A stretch of 64,000 nucleotides of DNA from Phoronis australis (taxonomy: Eukaryota; Animalia; Phoronida): positions 1,657,439-1,721,438 of the forward strand of contig NMRA01000015.1 in assembly GCA_002633005.1 (NCBI GenBank). Reading direction: 5' to 3'. A program made the position numbers and the translations under genes. Shown here piece by piece: positions 59,570 through 64,000 of the stretch. The notes under the pieces were generated by a model. It made no database searches and had not been told where the DNA came from. It saw nothing but the letters and a program-made list of their open reading frames with translations. Every line of letters begins with the position of its first letter. Positions within the stretch are counted from its first letter, which is position 1.

Positions 59570-60208
59570 CTAACAAGAATAAATATTACTGGCATGAATT
59601 GATAGAAACTTTCGTAAAGTATGTTATAAACACACGTTTTGTCACAAAAAATCAGATTTAGACCACTTACCATTATGAATTTCTTTATTAGGGTTACAAG
59701 CTCTATTCAAGAGTAGAGGACAGTTTAGGAGGTCATTGATGTGCTTTAAACTTCCAACGCAAACAAATAGTCTGTCAATGAAATTGTGAAGTACATGACA
59801 TTTTACAGAAAGTGCATCAGTGTAGATGTCTACCTGCTTTAAAATTTAAACCACATCAAGGTTGATGTCCGTTAGTCAGTCCTTAATGCTCGATATTGGA
59901 AAAATTCCAAGACAGCTAGTGCTTAACACTTGCCCAGCAGGATCACCACTCTAATACCCAGCCTTAAGGAGGCAGCAAAATGGCAACATCCTTTTCGTTG
60001 ATGAATGAAAGAATGCATCAGAACAAAATATTGATTCTGAAAGTATTTGAGTTGGAAGGACTTAAAGACATTGATTACCTCCAAAGATGCCACTCCACGC
60101 TTGAAACTTACTCACACAACTGTGACTTTGATGGTTTAGCCAATGTGAGGCATAATTTGCCAAAAACATTCTGGCACACAGAGGGCCTTTGTCAGCTATG
60201 TGAGATCC

Positions 60209-60362
60209 TCTAGATCACACAGTAATCACAGTCTCCATATGTAGCTAGCTGGTTGCTGGGTGCACTAGTCTAGATCAGACAGTAATCACAGTCTGTAGCT
60301 AGCTGACTGCTGTGTGCACTGGTCTAAATCATACAGTAATCCCAAACTCCATGTGTAGCTAG
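60209..60362. repeat. ~55-60 bp tandem repeat x3
   Basis: ctagatcacacagtaatcacagtct..gtagctag units. Confidence 0.75.
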
Positions 60363-60800
60363 TTGGTCGGCTAATACTGTATAATGGGCTAAATAATTAG
60401 ACAAAGCCCAACATGAACTGTTAACTGTACCTAGGCACAAAATCAGGGAAAAGCTATTGGTAGACTTTGCTCGTGGTAAGCTGACCAGCCATTAAACAGA
60501 GACACCGCCTCAGCTTAGCAATGGGGATGGTGGCACACCCATCATAGTGGTGTTAAAATGGCCAGTTGCCGATTTGGGCAACTCAGAGAAGGACTGCTAA
60601 AAAAATTGATTACAGGATTATTCGTTTGGAAGAAATTAAAGACGTCGGTGGCCTCCTAAGTCGTCCCTCTATGCTCAAAAGGTACTTATAGCAATGTCAC
60701 TTTGATGGATTAATCAGTGTGACTGTGAGGCATTATTTGCTGAATAGATTCTGTTGTATGAACGCCCTCTGTGATTCAGTATCCTATAATTACCACTGTG

Positions 60801-61178
60801 GTGCATGAACTTGAAATCCTGCTTAATCTCAAGATCGCGTATGCGTGAACTTGGAACTGAATATTCATGGGCAATTAGGTGAAATTTTTTATTCAGTTTA
60901 AAGAATTTTTGTAATTACTGGCTACGTGATCAACCATTTTCTCCTCGAGCGTAGCTTGTGTCAAAGAATCAGACGAATATGTGAGTAGTTAAATCTGCAA
61001 TTATTGTTTGGTGAAGATCGCCAATGGTTGAAAAAGGATTGGTTAAAATTTACGTTATTTTATTTAGTGCAGTGAAAATTTTTATCAATGTGAATGTGAT
61101 TATTTGAGTGAACTAGTCAAGTATCCTAGTTTATGCTAAGTTCACGCATGCGCGATCTTGCTTAACAAGATTCCAAGA
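60801..61178. mobile_element. MITE with gcgtatgcgtgaactt TIRs, copy 2
   Basis: caagatcgcgtatgcgtgaactt ... aagttcacgcatgcgcgatcttg; homologous to 10822-11112 in reverse. Confidence 0.7.
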
Positions 61179-61341
61179 TAACTGACAGCACCACCGTCTC
61201 TACATGTAAAGTGTGTTATGGTTCTAAATTGTTTTTTATGTCAAACTACTTTACCATATTGATAATAAACATTTGGAGTGATTCCTAACTAACACCCCAA
61301 CCGTAACACATTGATTTGCATTTACATAAAAAATTTTAGTG

Positions 61342-62490
61342 TTTATTTATTATTATTATTTATTATTGTGATATTTAAAATGAGGGTGGCCTCTTCAGTG
61401 ATAGCACTGCTTTCCAAGAGGGCCCTCAACAAGAAAAACAATAATATAATACAATGAAGTAATAAAACAACAATGAAATATACGTAACAAAGATACAATT
61501 AAAACAGGTTGAGAATTAAGACAATAACTAAATGACAGATAACGGTAAAAATTTAACTAAGACAGATGAAATAAATTAAGAGATGACTCTAGACAGTGAG
61601 AGTATTTACGACAATGAAAAAATGACATGATTAAGACAGGCAGGGTATAAAAGGTTTACAAACACTTTTTAATATTTACTTTAAAGGTAGTAATTGAATT
61701 GGACCGTTTAATTTCTGGGCTAAAAGAATTTCATATTATAGCAGCTGCATAGATAAAAGTTCTCTTGCCCGTCTCGGTTTTAATTTTTTTAGAAGAAACA
61801 TTGCCAGCAACAGAAGAATGTGTAGAATATACAGCCTGACTGCAATTGAATTTACTGCTGAGATATGCTGGAGCCAAGCCATTGATACATCTGTACATAC
61901 AACAGGCAGAGAGATATTTATTTCTTTGTCTTACTTTCATAAATCCCAGCTTGGAATACAAGTCGTCAACCCTAGTGTCCCTAACTCTAGTACCTAGGAT
62001 AGCCCTGGTGGCTCTATTTTGGATTACTTGGACTTTGCTGACAAATGTGTCACTAGTGTGCCCCCAAACCGGTAAACAATAATCAATATGAGGCTGAATA
62101 ATAGAATGGTAAAGGGTCTTAAGAGTACTGACATTAAGAAATTTGCCTTGACGTTTAAGTACACCAATTTTCTTTGATAATTTCTTTGTGATATGATCAA
62201 TGTGCATATTAAATTTAAGATTGGGATCTAAAGTAAGGCCCAAGTACTTAAACTTGTCAACATTCTCGATGGGAGAACCGTTGATAGAAAGGGATAGTTT
62301 TTGTTGTTTTAATTTCTGGTGGGTTCCAAACAGCATCGACTTGGTTTTACTAACGTTAAGAGTGAGTTTAGTTTGAATAAGCCAGTCAAGGATAAGGGCT
62401 AGCTCATCGTTGAGAGAAGTTTCGAGTTCTTTCACTGATCCAGCTGTGGACATAATTGCAGTGTCATCAGCGTATAAAACTGAGACACTG
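61342..62490 (-). mobile_element. 5'-truncated CR1/L2-group LINE (RT C-terminus, 3'UTR, (TAA)n tail)
   Basis: VLYADDTAI..WLIQTKLTLNVSKTKSM..FKYLGLTLDPNLKF..YCLPVW; a premature TGA at 61731 where Trp is expected; 3' stem-loop gagggtggcc..gggccctc at 61382-61427; TAA-type tail at 61342-61368. Confidence 0.92.
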
Positions 62491-64000
62491 TTAACACCAT
62501 CTTAAACCATTTTTCACTAAAGAGTGTGCAAAATTCCCTTTCGCCTTGATCCCTACCAGATTCACCAATGTCAATCAGCTACTGTACAACTTAGTAAAGA
62601 CTTTATACCAAGAACACCACTTGATGACTATATGAATTACGTTTACTTGTTCCGTTTAAGTTATTCGAATATTTAGTAAATAATCTGAAAAGTGACTCGG
62701 AACTAAAATCACAGCCTCGTCCCCAAGCCTCAAGATGGCACTGATCCGTTTAGCCCTTTGAGGCTTGGTTATGGGAACTATCTTCTGTGTATTGATTGGC
62801 CGTTAGCCTTGAATTCATTAAAACAAAGGCAGACTGTAATTATTTTCAAAGGTGTTGTTGTTGATCATGAAGTAGAAGGTATTGTTTGGTTATTGTTTGA
62901 AATAATGGTTGTTGGCGCACTTATTTTCAAGTATTCTTTATTAATAGAATCATAGAAATTTTAATTAACTGATTAAAATCAATTTTTGAATAAAAAATAC
63001 ATTATTTTTGCAATGATTTGGACCTATAAATTGCTTCAGTATAGCGTCTAGGCAACACGTAGCCCCTCGGTTGGCCGGTTAGGGGCTACAATACTTCCCA
63101 TCGCTTTCTGTACGAATTTCATCCTGTGTATTTAAACGGGCGGTAGGCCAAATCTGGTCACTGATTGAGAGTTTTCACTTCATCAAAAATAGATTCTACA
63201 CTTAATACTATGACTTAAAAAGCGCTTAATAAATTCATCAGTGTTCCTTTCTATTTCTACATATATCTTCGATGAAGTATAAATACGACAATTAAGATAA
63301 CTTTGGCAAAGAATTCCAACTCCACTTTTTGGTCATCATTAACTTTTTCACCACACGAGTGACAACCACAAAGTATTTCAACTGAGTTATGTGAGTTAGG
63401 CAAAGCGTAGCGCGAGAGTGAGCAAAGCACGTGAAGCTGGCCAGTGCGACACTTGCAAAATAGCACGGGAAGGTATCAGGTGATATTTGTAAGATTTGTG
63501 ACCCTTGGACCTTTTATTTGTCAACATGCGCGTGATTTCACGTAATTTCCTCAAAATGGCACCCGGTAAGAGAAACTCGAGCAAACTGCGACAGGTTTTC
63601 ATCGATTTGTTCAAATTAATTTTTGTTGACTGAATCGTCTCCAGACTTATGGTATGCGTTAACAACTCCATGTGCATGTAAGCATGTTTCATTTGATTTT
63701 ATTTTACTGTATTTTGAAATTCGTAATTTTTTGTGGGGATGTATCATTGCCCCTGTATGCCTGCGGCATCCAGAGTGATTTAATTGCCTATATACTATTA
63801 GTTTTCATTTTTATACTGCAGAACAACTCCTGAACATTTCAAAGTTGGTATAACTCGTAAAAAAAGTGTCAGAATTCTGACACATTTCATTTGCCATAAC
63901 CAAGCGTCAATAGGCTAAGTCGATCAGTGCCATAATGCTTGGGGTCGAGGCTGCTGCTGTGCGTAAACTTGGAATCCTGCTTAATCTCAAGACTAAGCGG

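Noticed and set aside
61731-62453. 240-aa ORF as a host gene
   Set aside because: It is the RT C-terminus of a truncated CR1/L2-type LINE with a premature stop.

Overview
AT-rich eukaryotic (metazoan invertebrate, probably lophotrochozoan/mollusc-like; inferred) genomic DNA with spliceosomal GT-AG introns and one assembly gap (N 34123-34487). Genes read by hand from exon/intron structure, in order: the last two exons of CEP104 (+); a two-exon, 89-aa secreted prepropeptide gene that I cannot assign to a known family (-); an intronless CLIC chloride intracellular channel ORF with a CPFC motif (+), apparently nested in the long first intron of TAF10 (+); and a multi-exon cytosolic NAD kinase (NADK, -) convergent with TAF10, whose 5' end is unresolved. 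The rest is mostly transposon relics: L1/Tx1 and CR1/L2-type LINE fragments, a non-autonomous LTR element with a tRNA-Ser PBS, Helentron-like HINEs, and hAT, Harbinger, Kolobok and Sola-like MITEs, including nested insertions. The three most notable observations are the candidate novel neuropeptide/hormone precursor, a recurrent pattern of tandem 'echo' duplications of exon-intron junctions (five NADK junctions and one CEP104 junction), and the same-strand CLIC-in-TAF10 arrangement. No database searches were run; family names come from recalled motifs.
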